From: Octopus vulgaris
Lineage: Eukaryota
DNA: 64,000 nt
NCBI GenBank assembly: GCA_951406725.2
Contig: OX597814.1
Coordinates: 121,148,001-121,212,000 of the forward strand
Reading direction: 5' to 3'
Under the pieces are notes generated by a model. It saw nothing but the letters and a program-made list of their open reading frames with translations, made no database searches and was not told the origin of the DNA. Positions within the stretch are counted from its first letter, which is position 1. The number at the start of each line of letters is the position of its first letter. Position numbers and translations under genes: made by a program. This document shows, one piece after another, positions 12,731 to 25,892 of the stretch.

Positions 12731-13109
12731 GAAATTGGTTTTATCCGAAGAAAGATAATACGGTTATCAGTTTCAGAAACCCTTGCGACGGTGTTTCAGA
12801 ACTGTTTTCTGTTTTTTGTATTTTGAGTTACCTGAGGTTTGGCCGTTTTCTTGGGTTTGCCATAATGTCCTTATATATAAACACTCATCAATATAGACAA
12901 ACATGCATGTTTACATACATACAAACACACCTCTATATATGTATGCTCATATCGAAGAGTATCAATGAGTGGTCAACATCGCCCTGCTGGATAAACTAAA
13001 CGTTTGTATTACAACACGTACCAACCTTCGGTGTGGCAGGCTTGATAATTGGTGAAATATTTCTCTCGGCATGAAACCAATGGTAGCTTTATTAACTGTG
13101 AAATATGCA

Positions 13110-13152
13110 GACAGACAGACAGATAGACAGACAGATAGACAGATAGATAGAC

Positions 13153-13232
<80 letters not shown>
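13110..13232. repeat. (AGAC)n/(AGAT)n microsatellite
   Basis: Direct reading. Confidence 0.95.
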
Positions 13233-13244
13233 GCGTGTATGCAA

Positions 13245-13467
13245 TTATTCCAGTTATGTTGGTTTCGAATTTTTGCACAAGGTTACAATGTCCGCGGGAG
13301 TAGATACGTCCCTTACATCGACCCCAGTGGTCAACTGGTCTTCATCTTATCGACGTGATGAAAGGCAAAGCCAACCTCGGTGAACTTAGAGCTCAGAACG
13401 TAAAGATTGACGAAATGTCGCTAACAAATTTGCCCGGCCTACTAACAACTCTGCCAGTTCACCGCCT
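13245..13467 (-). mobile_element. SINE family B, diverged copy
   Basis: atcgaccccagtggtcaactggt...gatgaaaggcaaagccaacctcgg matches the reverse complement of the 12497 copy. Confidence 0.7.
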
Positions 13468-14821
13468 TAAATATTCCAATTACAATAAAGCCCGTAACTT
13501 GCATTCAATTAAAACGAAACGCAAAGTCAAAAGTGATATTTAAATTCAACCAAGCATATTTAAATATTAATCGAGATATTGTAACAGTACAAGGAATTAA
13601 CGCCAATCCTTTGAAATTATTAGATATTATATTTACATTTCAAACTGTTATCTGCAAAGGTCACAGTGTTTTAGAAATCTTAGTGATTCGGAAATGTAAC
13701 ATATACTTAAATGAGACTGAAAAGATTTCTAGACTATTTTACTATGACTAATAAATAAGAAATGTCAAAGCATTTTGTATTTCGTATTACTATTTCTGGA
13801 AACGTTTAAGAATTCATTAGAATACACAGAAGAAAATCTACAAGACTTTGAAAACGCCTTGTGCAACAAAAGTGTTACTTTCATTGAAATTTAATGAAGA
13901 TATTTACCATTTATGCTAATGCGTCGCGAGTTATTGACAAATTATTGTGTATAAAAGAATAACTAGGAAATGGAGCAGCAATATCAATAGTAATTTTCAT
14001 AATAGGAAAGCTATATTTTTTCCGATAAAATCGATATTTATCAATTTTGATTTTAAGGCCTTTCTATTGTTAAAATATATCCGCATTAATGCTTTCTATT
14101 CTTTCTATATAAGAAGGGATCAAAGAATACATTATTCAAAGAAGGGTAAGTATTTCCCAAGAATTTCAATTATCAGTTCACTTTTGATTTTTAATGAATA
14201 TCAATACTTTCATTGATTGACAATGAGAAGCTTGATCTATCAAATGTTTTCAACTTAGAAGTGTTAAAAAATAATCATTATAGCTATTCACATCGTCAGA
14301 ATGTCATGGCTTCATACTTGCATATTACACATATATAGAGATCATTGAAATGATTTTAAAATATAAGTCGTTCAAGTACCAGTTAAATGCAGAAATAGTG
14401 CCTTTCATTTTTATCTTAATCTTCCTCCATGAGAAAGATATTTGTAGAGAGGGACAATCAATGAATTAACTCAAACATTAACTAATAACTAATAATAATA
14501 CCCACGAAAACGTGCATCTGGCCATATATTTTAGGTGTGATTCAAAGTCGATTAATTTGAATCTAATGTTATACGGCCATTTTTCTGTTATAAATCAAGT
14601 GGATTACAAAAACACAAACGAGCAAGTAAACTTCTGACTGAAAAGGGACGTGACTAACGTGACTTGTATGTTCTCCAATACTTTACCGTTCCTGTTAACC
14701 CACGGACCCATAATTACACTAAACAGAAATCATTTTAAAACTTACAGATATATTCCGTTTTGTATATTTTGACAAAATTACACTGTTCAGTGATGTCTCA
14801 GTGGTTCAAAAATAATATACT

Positions 14822-15078
14822 CTCTCTTTTACTCTTTTACTTGTTTCAGTCATTTGACTGTGGCCATGCTGGAGCACCACCTTTAGTCGAGCAAATGTAC
14901 CCCAGGACTTATGGTTTGTAAGCCTAGTGCTTATTCTATCGGTCTCTTTTGCCGTACTGCTAAATTACGAGGATGTAAACACACCAACATCGGTTGTCAA
15001 GTGATGTTGGGGGAGACAAACACAGACACACAAACATACACACACACACACACAACACACACACACACACACATATAC

Positions 15079-15134
<56 letters not shown>

Positions 15135-15213
15135 CGTGATTCTTTCAGTTTCCGTCTATCAAATCCAGTCACAAGGCTTTGGTCGGCCTGAGGCAATAGT
15201 AGAAGAAATTTGC
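14822..15213 (-). mobile_element. SINE family A copy lacking its head
   Basis: cttgtttcagtcatttgactgtggccatgctggagcacc...acaaggctttggtcggcctgagg. Confidence 0.85.
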
Positions 15214-15829
15214 CCATATATATTAGATTTTCTTTTAAAACATTGTCCAGTTTATTAGAGTCGGCCAAACATCTCAAACACTGTGTTGTATTTATATGAG
15301 CACATAGCATCAACTACAATATCAGCATTTACTTCGTCATTTGACTCAGCTAACTGTCTCTGTTAAATGCTTCGCTGTTTCTAATCAGTGTTAACCAGAA
15401 GTAGGTAATTAGTTTAGTTGAATTGTGAGAACGTTAAATGTGCTTAAGACGTAAATGTCATTCCGAAATGACGCAACAGAAATGAAACACCTATAATTGG
15501 ATATCCGAAGTAGGCTGTGGTGCCAATTATACATGTGCGAAGCGTATTCTATCAAATTGCAGCTACTGTAGAGAATGTCGTATCAGATAAAATATAAAGA
15601 AGTTTATGATAATCACAAATGAAGAAACCAACTAAAATCAGTTTCACCTGCGTTGCAAACCTTACAAAATTACTTAATTTGTTCGATGCACTAAAGTAGG
15701 TAAGGTAAAGAAATTGCGTGTGTTAGATAAAATCTATTAATTATGATCATATGTATCACGGACGAAACGCATATATATCATGTAATACCACTTCCAAAGC
15801 TTCTTGAATAGAAATTAACAAAATATTTA

Positions 15830-17350
15830 AATGCTTTGTTAATTGTTGTATTAAAATGTTCTTCTTATGATTTCTCCATGTTCGTTTTTATTAGATGCTG
15901 TCAGGTCTTCAACAATACTAAAGGCACTCGGCATTTGTTATTCTTTTGTTTTGCCTATAAAATTAATTCGGAATCTAAATTTTTATGCTACCTGTACTGT
16001 GTCTTCTACGTTCAGGAATGCATCTGCTCCCTCATCATTCACTTCCAAGAAGCTTTTATCGCTTATTGAATACCATTTCACCTCTCTGCTGAAATTGCAA
16101 TATTCAGGTCTTTCCACTTTAATTCTTAGACTTTCAGCAATTCGTTTTGTTGCTTTCGTTCCTCAGTATTAACCTCTCTTTTATCCGAAATCCAGTTCCT
16201 TCTTTTTATCTTTCTTCTATCCAAAACACCTTTGGCTACATAGCACTTTACTTCCTTTACATTCTACTCCATATCATTGATGTCTATATCTTCGTCTACA
16301 GATTCAAACAATACAAATCGATTTCGCCATTCACTTACAAATTCAAGTTTATTTCTATCACATCGTCCTTCAGTATTTCTGAATGAGAGCTGTTGGTGAT
16401 CCCTCCCTTTTTTCGCCATGGCCTTCAGTTTTATCTGATTTGTTCTTACATCTAACCGATGGTCACTTCCGATATCTGCATCTAAGCATGTTCAAACATT
16501 AAACATTGGTGTGTTATGCTACAAATATATCAAAATATTAGCGAAGTGATTACGATACATTCTTTTTATCTGGATATTTCCAAGTACATTTAAGGATACC
16601 TTTGAAAGTATTTACCAGTATAGAAGCTCATCAATATCACACAATTTTCAACTCATGCCCATTGTCCATTCTAGGCCATCTATGATTCTATCTACAAGAT
16701 TTTGCAGTTACATTCCCAATAAGAGTTTTCATACCACCTAGTGGTATACTGGCAATTGACTTTAGCGACTATTTGTGCAATCCCCATCGGTTGCATGATT
16801 TATAATCATGGAACATTCTATATTATTGAAGTTATATAGCATAGTTTTACGTTCTATTAAAAAATTAGGAAGTGTTGTAAAGGCGTCCTTTCAGACCATG
16901 CTCTCAGACCTTTTATTTTTAGAATCGATCTCACTCCATCGCAACCTTGTATTTTCACTTCCAGAAGTCTAAACTGTAGTGTCACCCGTTCCAAAATCTA
17001 ATCCATCATTATGAACCTAGTTTCACGCAGACTAACTGCTCAGTTTTGTTCTGTTGGCTCTCTGCCCGCTCTATATTATCAATTTTACCATTCAGTTACA
17101 GATAATTACACCAATACCTATTCTAATATTTCTATTTAAAACACAAGATATTCGTATCCCCTCTATTTTCTTGGATCTAGGAGTCACTCGTTATTCAGGT
17201 GTTGCAATGTTCTCTTTATAAATCCGTACAAATATACTTCGTACTTTACCTCATTGATTATGACTTCATTGCACGAGGAGCACTCCGAGCTATACGCAGT
17301 TGATCTGTAATAGAGGGGACAGAATCTCTCGTCAAACAGGCAGCTATTGC
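15830..17350 (-). mobile_element. Degraded RTE-clade LINE, 5' part (APE endonuclease and linker)
   Basis: Minus-strand relics SLRETRF, DADIGSDHRL (about 16453-16482) and EWRNRFVLFE are typical of the RTE APE domain and following linker. Confidence 0.7.
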
Positions 17351-17599
17351 TTATCGGTGTTACTTATATTAATCTTAACAATGTACCAGAGACAATAATG
17401 TGATTTGTTCTGTGAACCGCACAAAATTGTTACCATGGATATCACTCCATTATAATGAATTGGTAGAGAATCTGTATATCATGCAATTTCATTCATATTA
17501 AGAGAGGCTGGTAACCATGGGGATGTTCTCTCATATCATTCCACTTGCATCGTTATTTCTCACCGCTTTCGTGTTCTAATTAATTACGACATAAAGCAA

Positions 17600-18330
17600 G
17601 AAAGCGGAAACGGAAGAGAAGCTGTTCTATGTATTTGGTCGATTTGCATTACGCTAGTTATTGTCTTGCCTAGTCTTGAAGCATCAAAAAGGAAAAGACT
17701 CATATACATGCTTGATGAAATAAGAAAACTTGTGTGTTTAAATGCAAACACCAATAGATCTACAATAATGAAATCTCCGCAACTAGTTTGAGGAAATACA
17801 CAATAGAAGAAATTGATGAGCAAAAATATCCTAGAATTTTATAGAGACTGATGGGTGTTTTAAAACTGAATTTAATGAAAGGCTTAAGAAAGCAAATAAA
17901 GCAATTCGAGTGCTTTCAAACTCTTGGAAATCACAGAAATTAATCTACATATACATCACTAGTAAGAACAGATGTTGTATATTAAATTGAGTCAAGGAAT
18001 AGGAGTTAGATTATAATTAGTCGCTTTAGAGAATTTCCAAAGAAAGTATTATGAAAATCTTGCGGGTCAAATAGTATTAATTTGTGAGAAAGGAAGCGGT
18101 TGGAGGCATGAAGAAATTACTATTAATAAATGTAGGAATAGTATAGAAATATATTGATGCTGGGTTTTGTGATTCCAGTGCAAAATGAAGGCAGACTAAA
18201 GCATGCAGCATAACGGTGAGAAGCCAAAAACGAGGCCTACTTGGCAGTAATCAATTCGGTGAGAATGAGATCATGACTGAGCGGTGATTGATAACAAGAC
18301 ATAGAACAAACTTCAGGGAGAATAAATGGT
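17600..18330 (+). mobile_element. Degraded RTE-clade LINE, RT C-terminal part
   Basis: Relics IEEIDEQKY and TDGCFKTEFNERLKKANKAIRVLSNSWKSQKL resemble the RTE region around and after YLG. Confidence 0.65.
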
Positions 18331-18692
18331 TGGAGCTGAGTACAGTACTGCTTTTGATGTAGCGATAGTAACTGTATGAATTTAGACATATATTTGCAAT
18401 GTTTGGGGCAATTTGTTACATGACAAATTACTTCAGTAACAGTCTTGTAAAGCAATATTTTATAAATCTGTGCGAGACAGAAATAATGATGAATTGAAAC
18501 TACAAACCATCTATATGTGTGAGCGCGCGCACGCGTGCACATGTTCGTATGTCTGAGTATCTGTCTGTGTTTGTATGTGCGTGCGTGTGATTGCGTAGGT
18601 GTACGATATATGAGTAAAACATTACAGATGATATTAATGTAATATTAAAGCGATGGTATTAATGTAAAAAAATAAAAATATGAATATCATTT

Positions 18693-18977
18693 ATGCGCCC
18701 TTTTCAAGCCTAGACAGGCTCATGGGACTGGTTTTCCGGTTTCTGTGTTCAACCCGGCTGGACGGGAAGCCAGTCCATCGCAGCTTTACCCAAGAAACAG
18801 AAAGAAAGAGTGAGAGAAAGTTGGGGCGAAAGAGTACAACAGGGGTCGCCACTACTACCTGCCGAAGCCTCGTCAATCTTTAGGCGTTTTCGCTCAATAA
18901 TCACACAGAACGCCCGATCTGGGAATCGAAACCGACCGCGAGTCCGCTGCCCTAACCACTGGGCCATTGCGCCTCCT
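18693..18977 (-). mobile_element. tRNA-derived SINE, family C
   Basis: Head ggaggcgcaatggcccagtggttagggcagcggactcgcggtcg...ttcgattccc. Tail contains ctgcgatggactggcttcccgtccag (V-domain-like). Confidence 0.8.
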
Positions 18978-19751
18978 CAAATACGAATTTACAGAAAGAG
19001 ATATATATGGTAACAAGTATAATGTAAAAATAAGACTCCTGTGTCTGAGTTCGGGACAGCTGTTGTTTTATGGGTGAGAATCAAGCGCTGGAATACATGC
19101 GGAAAATACAAAAATATCTATAGCTATATTTGTAATTCTGTCTATTTCTTTGCCTGTGTTTCGATCCAGTTAAAGTATATATGTGTCACTATGTGAATGT
19201 ATGTAATAATATAATCAAGAAACAAAAAGCGAGGAAAATTTATTTAATAACATAGCGTGATATGAAGACTTCCGTGGCTTTTAGACAACTACATCTCCGG
19301 GGTAATTACCTTCCAATAATTTCATGTTATTTTTCTCTTTCATACGATTATCTTCATAGCACAGAAGTAAGTATGGAAAGTTTTATTGTTTAAAAAAAAT
19401 TACCTCATTTTCTTTGATTATTTAATCATTATGCATACTCTATGAATTTTATAGCCTGTGGATTTGTGTCATAGCATTACGTGTATACTAGCACGAAACA
19501 ACGTTCGCCAAATGAATTCTATAGAATGCTTATGTACGCATTATTCCCAGACTTTCTTTCTTCCACATTCACACGCAGGTTCTGGTAGTATATATGAATA
19601 GTAGGCTTGTGTTTTTGTATGTGTTTCAATATGTAAATGTATATATTCACATATATATACATATACAAACATATATACACGCATATATATTTATATATCA
19701 AAATATACATGTATATGCGTGTATGTGTGTGTACAAGCACGGGGGCGTGAA

Positions 19752-19792
<41 letters not shown>

Positions 19793-19808
19793 AGTATGTA
19801 TGTATATG

Positions 19809-19841
<33 letters not shown>

Positions 19842-19844
19842 ATG

Positions 19845-19920
<76 letters not shown>

Positions 19921-19924
<4 letters not shown>

Positions 19925-21496
19925 TAGATAAACTTAGATATGTTTCGACCAAAGATTGGTCCAGGCCATGTCTAACTTAATAGCACCACCTGATAGGATT
20001 ATTCGAATCCTGTTTAAGTCAAGTTTGTTTAAGTCAAGTTTTGTTCAAGTAGTGAGTTCTTGTTGGATGAGTTGTATCCAGTTTTGTTCAAGTAGTGAGT
20101 TCTTGTTGGGTGAGTTGTATCCAATTATGGGTGGCTTATCTAGTATTCTTTGAAGGAATCTATCCAGACTCTGTTTAAAGTTGATGGGATCCTTTTCCTC
20201 TTTGATCTCCCTCGGGACAATGTTAAATAGGGCAGGGCCTGTTGAGGAAAAGAAATTATGTTGCAGTGTACATGTATGTTATGATCTTGAATTGGGCAGG
20301 GGACGTATAGCCCGTCGTCCAAGTCTTGGATGAACCTTGAAGCTAATGTTTAGGTCGTTTGGGCAAAGTTGGCGGTATATTTTCCACATCGTACAAATTA
20401 TGTACCGCTCACGGCGACGCTGGAGGGAGTAAAGTTTCAAGGCTTTAAGGCGATCCCAATAATCGAGAGCAGCCATGCCTTCAATTTGTTTAGTGAGTGC
20501 CCTCTGGGGTGACTCAATTCTGGAGATGTTTTGTCTTGTGTGAGGAGACCACAGTGGGCAGCAGTATTCAAGGTGTGGCCGTACAAAGGAGGAAAAAAGT
20601 GGTATGATGACACCTTGTTCTCTGGACCGGAAAGTTCTTAAGATCCAGGAACTCATCCTACGAGCTATATCGACCTTCTTGTTGATGTGTGCACTCCAAC
20701 TGAGATCGTCATCAACAATTACACCCAGGTCTCTGATATTGTTAGAAGCTGTGAGCGGTTCCCCTGAAGGAAGAGAGTATGGTTGTTTTAGTGAGGAATT
20801 TCTTCCAAAATGCATCAGCTCAAATTTTCCCTCATTCAGTTGCATTTTGTTTCTGTCTGCCCATTGACTCACAGCATATAGATCAGACTGGAGTTGAGTT
20901 CGGTCTGCTTCTTCATTGACGATTTGCTGGAGCTTAGTGTCATCAGCAAATATTTTCACTTTGCAGTAATGTACGACACTGGAAAGGTCGTTTACGTAAA
21001 TTATGAAGAGTAGCGGACCCAAAACAGTTCCCTGGGGAACACCGCTGGTGACTTTTGCTGGGTTTGAGTGGACTCCATCAACTACAACATGTTGTGTTCT
21101 ATTCGCCAGGAAATACTTAATCCAGTGTAGAACTTTTCCACGGATTCCAACATTTGCCAATTTTGAGAGTAGGATGATATGGTCTACCCTGTCGAACGCT
21201 TTACTGAAGTCAAGATATATGACGTCAGAGTTCGAACCTGTTCCCAAGGCTTTGAGTACATCTTCAATGTGGTGTAAGAGCTGTGTTAGACAGTCCCTGC
21301 CACAGCGAAAGCCATGCTGATTTGCATTTAGGAGTTTGTGTGTCTCCAGGAAGTCAGCTATCCTTGATCTTAACACTCTTTCAAACACTTTAATGATGTG
21401 GGAGGTGAGTGAGATTGGGCGATAGTTGACTGCGAGGGATCTGTTTCCCTGTTTAAAAACCGGGATGACCGACTGGGATAGAAACGGTTTCGGTAG
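19921..21496 (-). mobile_element. 5'-truncated CR1-type LINE (RT plus 3' UTR) between (TA)n tracts
   Basis: The open frame extends upstream of ORF 20279-21388 (VIPVFKQG..NYRPISLTS). Motifs YLDFSKAFDRV, SGVPQGTVLGP, IFADDTK, RDLGV, RPHLEYC. Short tandem 3' tail (tatctaagtt)2. Confidence 0.92.
20279..21388 (-). pseudogene. Reverse transcriptase domain of the CR1-type LINE
   Basis: 369-aa open frame with FADD and flanking RT motifs. No true start because of 5' truncation. Confidence 0.88.
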
Positions 21497-21506
21497 TATA
21501 TATATA

Positions 21507-21635
21507 CTTTATTTAAAAGCATCAGAAATATAACAAAAGCTGTTACTCAGAGTTTCATATGAAGCATATTACTCTACCTCTGGTATTTGAGTACTCTTTT
21601 TTCCACCTTGTTTCACATTTATGTACTTACTCCGG
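21507..21635 (-). mobile_element. Internally deleted copy of the 45159-45400 fold-back family
   Basis: Shares gcatattactctacc.ctggtatttgagta...ccaccttgtttcacatttatg...actccgg and tgttactcagagtttc. Confidence 0.75.
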
Positions 21636-21637
21636 TG

Positions 21638-21692
<55 letters not shown>

Positions 21693-23266
21693 GCGTACAT
21701 ATACATATTTATAAAGAGAGAAGGGAGAACGAGAGAGAGAGGCAGACAGACATACCGACAGAAACTCATACACACACACGCACATACAAACGCACACATA
21801 TACACACACATGAGTGAGGGAGAGAATAGCAGAAGACAGCAATGAAAGATAATCCGTAGTTACCTATAATTTCGGAAGTACACACACGATCCTTCTCGCC
21901 GCTTTTGCTAATTATTTCTGAGCCATCCATCTTATTTAATGACACTGTACGGTAGATTCTTATTTAATTAATACCCCACCACGATCGGGAAATGATAGCA
22001 ATGTACTATTTGAAGAAGCAGGGATTACTGTAAGTAAGACTATTTTTACACTTGTAGTGACAGTGCTGAATGAAAGGTGCTGATCTATCATTTGATGTTG
22101 ATACGTTCCGTAACATTAAATTCATCCATGCCGAAATAATTCGTTTTGCTTTGAACATTGGCAACTAAGTTTTACTGTATGAAGAGAACAAGTAGATATG
22201 AATGTAGCGTGATTGATAACATTAGGTCCATAAAAATATTCCAGTATTGGGTGTTAATATAGAAATGACCTACTATCATCGTATTCAGTATATAGTCATA
22301 CGGTTTTAAAAAGGAGCAGCTCAAATCTGAAATCAGGGTTAACTAAATAATTGTGTATATTAAAAGAACAATTGAACAATTTCTTATACGATGAAGATCT
22401 TGAAAACACAGTTTTGCAATTCATATACTGAAACCCCAAGAAAATCTTCGTCAATGTGAGTCTATATAAAAAGACTATATATTTGATTAGTTTGAATTAT
22501 CGATAATTAAGATAATGTAATAAAAACATTAATAAAATATTAAGAACTACGTAAAATAAAAAAGAAACAAAATGATCTATTGAATTAAGGAAGATGAATA
22601 AAAATTGTAGTTATATATCTAAAGTGAAAAGTTTGGAATATTGAAGATTAAATAAATAACAACGATAAAAGGAAATAGTATAAGATGTTGTCGTTGATAA
22701 ATTATAATAGAGTTAAAAATTCATGAAATTATACCACCTTCAAGTAATGTTTCAAAGATTATTTAATACGATTGTAAGAAGAAGGATATTGTAAATCATA
22801 TTCACCACCTAAATGTCTTCCCGAGAACTAAAGAATGTGATAAAAAGAAAGTAAGAACTAACGTATTGAGTATCTAAACAAAATAGTTAGGCATGTGAAG
22901 AGATATTAGAATCAACATTTTGATGACGTTCTGAAAAAAATTGTGCGATAATGTCACGAAAAATATTTTTTCTATACTAAAAATTTTCAATTCTGAAAGT
23001 TAATTTTTTTTTTCAAAAAACAGAATATCACATTACTCGGAACTCAGCCAACTTCTTAATTTCAGTCAAAAATTGACTGTCAGCAGTAAAGGAATTTTAA
23101 TTTATTTTTCAGATTTATCTCGCCTTATCGCTCAAATTTTCTTCTAGCGTTTTTGAAGTGTTGAAGCTAATCACTGTTCACATTATTTACTTCTACAATA
23201 TTAAGGATTCTTTTGTAAATTATTGCCAACATACTTATATATAATACGTGTGTGTGTGAGTGTGTA

Positions 23267-23316
<50 letters not shown>

Positions 23317-23404
23317 AACAACGATCTAATTATAATACATTAAAAAGTAGAATTTGCGAAATAAATTACACCTTAAATTCAACATATATATATATAGAGA
23401 GACA

Positions 23405-23485
23405 CTAACAGGCGTACCCGGCGTTGCCTGGGGCTGTTTGTTAAGTATGCCTGTTTAGTTATTAGAACATTAACTGACGCACTCC
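23405..23485 (-). mobile_element. Helitron 3'-terminal fragment
   Basis: actaacaggcgtacccggcgttgcctggggctgtttgttaagtatgcctg resembles 23865-23945. Confidence 0.65.
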
Positions 23486-23570
23486 TAAAAAGTAACAAGT
23501 AAAAAAACGAATACAATTCCAGTTTAGAATTTGTGAAATAAATTGCATCTCCAATTCAACATTCGGTTTC

Positions 23571-23628
<58 letters not shown>

Positions 23629-23656
23629 CATACATACATATATACATACATACATA

Positions 23657-23843
23657 GGGAGAGTTTACGAAAAAAACAAAAGACGAAGACAGGTGGCATA
23701 CAAAACAAATAGATGTATTAGTATAACGCTCAGGAATAGAAAAAGTCTTTTACGTTTCGAGCCAACGATCTTCTACAGAAAGGTACACAGAAATAACAAG
23801 GAGAGAAAAAAGTATGTGTAGTGGCTAACGATCTATCATGGCG
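23657..23843 (-). mobile_element. Penelope-type short element with a minimal hammerhead-like motif
   Basis: Minus strand 23782-23747: cttt-CTGTAGA-agatcgttggctc-GAAA-cg-TA-aaag. Confidence 0.6.
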
Positions 23844-23865
23844 ATCTATCATATATACACACACA

Positions 23866-25394
23866 CTAGCAAGTGTGCCTGGCGTTGCCCTGGACTGTTT
23901 GTTAATTATGCCTGTTTAATTATTAGAACATTGACGGATGCACCGCTCAACTGAATGAAAGAAATCATAACGGCAGATGTTCCCTGCGTTGTTTGATTTA
24001 TTTAGCACAATAGTGAACACAATAGAGTCATACGCCCACACCATTGTCATTGTTTTCCATTAGGACAGTAGGACGATCTGCAAAAAATGGCAGTAATTGA
24101 TTTTATTCTCCTTACCACATAGCTGCTGACATGTGCTCTTTAGCAGATGGAAAGGTTGAACCTAAACATGTGACATAAAAAGAAATAGTATGTTTACCTG
24201 CTGTTTCACTGGATTGCACATTCAACATTATCTGAACAAAACATTTGACGCGTTTCCTGTGCAAAAAAGATGAAAAGTGTAGTATCTGTTGCCTACCTCA
24301 CAATCGGGGGATGGTGCTTAACGGAGAGCATAATGTGAAGATAACGCTAATGAAATAACTAAGGTGACATGGGTATGGTTACCTGATGTTTTCCTGTTTA
24401 CCGCATAGAGCAACATCCGTTGTTGTCTTTCCCCTGTAGTCTCCGTAGCGCGCGCAACAGCAGTTGCTGCACTATCTTTTCTAAGTCAATCTCTGCGTTG
24501 TTCTGCAGTATCTGTAGCTCGTGCAACAGCAGTTGAGAAAGCATCTCTTGTAAGTCGATCTACGCGTTGTGCTGCAGTATCTGCAGCTCGTCCAGCACCA
24601 TTTGATGAAGCATCTCTTGTAAGCCGATCTACGCGTTGTGCTGCAGTAGAGGAAGCTTTTATTTTTCGGCGTGCTGAACGTTGCTCGTTGCGCAGCAATA
24701 CGTGCTGACCGATCACAACGCTGCTCTTCACTTGCCCTTTTTCGCGCTGAAGCCATCCTAAGTGCACTGAGAGTGTTCTTCCTGGCTGCGTCCTCGGTAG
24801 ATTCATTTCCACGCATACGTTTACTTTTCTTTCCAGCATTTGTTGGCTGACGTATTTTGGAACTTTTGCATCGAGACATGGTGGAAAATTATCAGTTTAC
24901 GCAATAGAAGTCTTAAGGAAAAAGCGGTGAATGTGTAGCACCGAAAAATAGTAAAATATAGTTGGCAAACATGTTAATCAAACAGACCGAATTAAGGATT
25001 TAAAAAAAATTTGGGGTAAGAGTTTTGAAGTTGGAATAATTATATGAAAATGAGCGCTCACGGGAAAACAGAGGCAAATCGTAACTCGCAAATGAATACT
25101 GCTGGCATTACTGTATAAGCAGTCGATAAGAGCTTGCCACAACTGACAAAGTATTGATTTGTTCTAGCTGGGTGTGTGTCACGTTTTTTCGCTGGCTCAA
25201 GCGAAATCCTAGACGAATTGAGAGTAGTCTATTTATGTTGGGGGCGCAAAATTTCGAGGAAAAAATTATAAGAAACAGCGTCCTCAGTCAAAGAGAGCAC
25301 ACATGTCAAATTTGGTGAAATTCGGATGAAAAATGTAGGAGTAGAAGTGGTTCACACAACACACAGACAGCCAACTTGCCTTTTAATATATAAT
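23866..25394 (-). mobile_element. Internally deleted Helitron with a relic of the RepHel N-terminus
   Basis: 3' end has a GC hairpin then CTAG (23866-23869). 5' end resembles that of 27195-27487. ORF 24481-24879 is basic and R/E-rich (RGNESTEDAARK..EEQR), as in RepHel N-termini, and contains a 69-bp tandem repeat. Confidence 0.7.
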
Positions 25395-25892
25395 ATGTGT
25401 GTTTGTGTTTGTGTTTTTGTGTGTGTGCGTGTGTGTGTGTGTGTGTGTGTAGCGAAAGAGAGAGGCAAGTATAGGTATAAGCGAATTTTCTCACATACCT
25501 TAGTAACCTCCGTCATCCACTTAATTCCTTCAAATAAATCTCATTCCCTTTTCTCACTGTCTCAAGCATTAATTCCATAGCTTCATACAAACGTGATATA
25601 AGACTACAATTCTCATACATCCTAACCCACCTCGCCTTCATCCTCCTAATTTCCCCCTCTACTACTATTACTCTCAACTAGTCTTTTTATTAATCCCGAC
25701 TCTTGAACTATCTCTACTGCTCTCACCATTCCCTATCTTAAGACATCCCCGCCAGTTCCGAACTCTAATACACCTAGCTCTCCACATTGAATTATTCCAT
25801 CTTTGAGTTTAGGTCCTTCAAAATCTCAAATGTAAGATCTCTTCCCTGAAAGGGAGGCTCCCATATAGAAACATTATTTGAAACCACCAATC

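Noticed and set aside
14560-14800. Cluster of minus-strand splice-like signals
   Set aside because: The implied introns are under 50 nt and there is no recognisable peptide.
25480-25890. Possible L1/Tx1 ORF2 C-terminal relic
   Set aside because: The purine-rich minus strand is suggestive but no diagnostic motif could be read.
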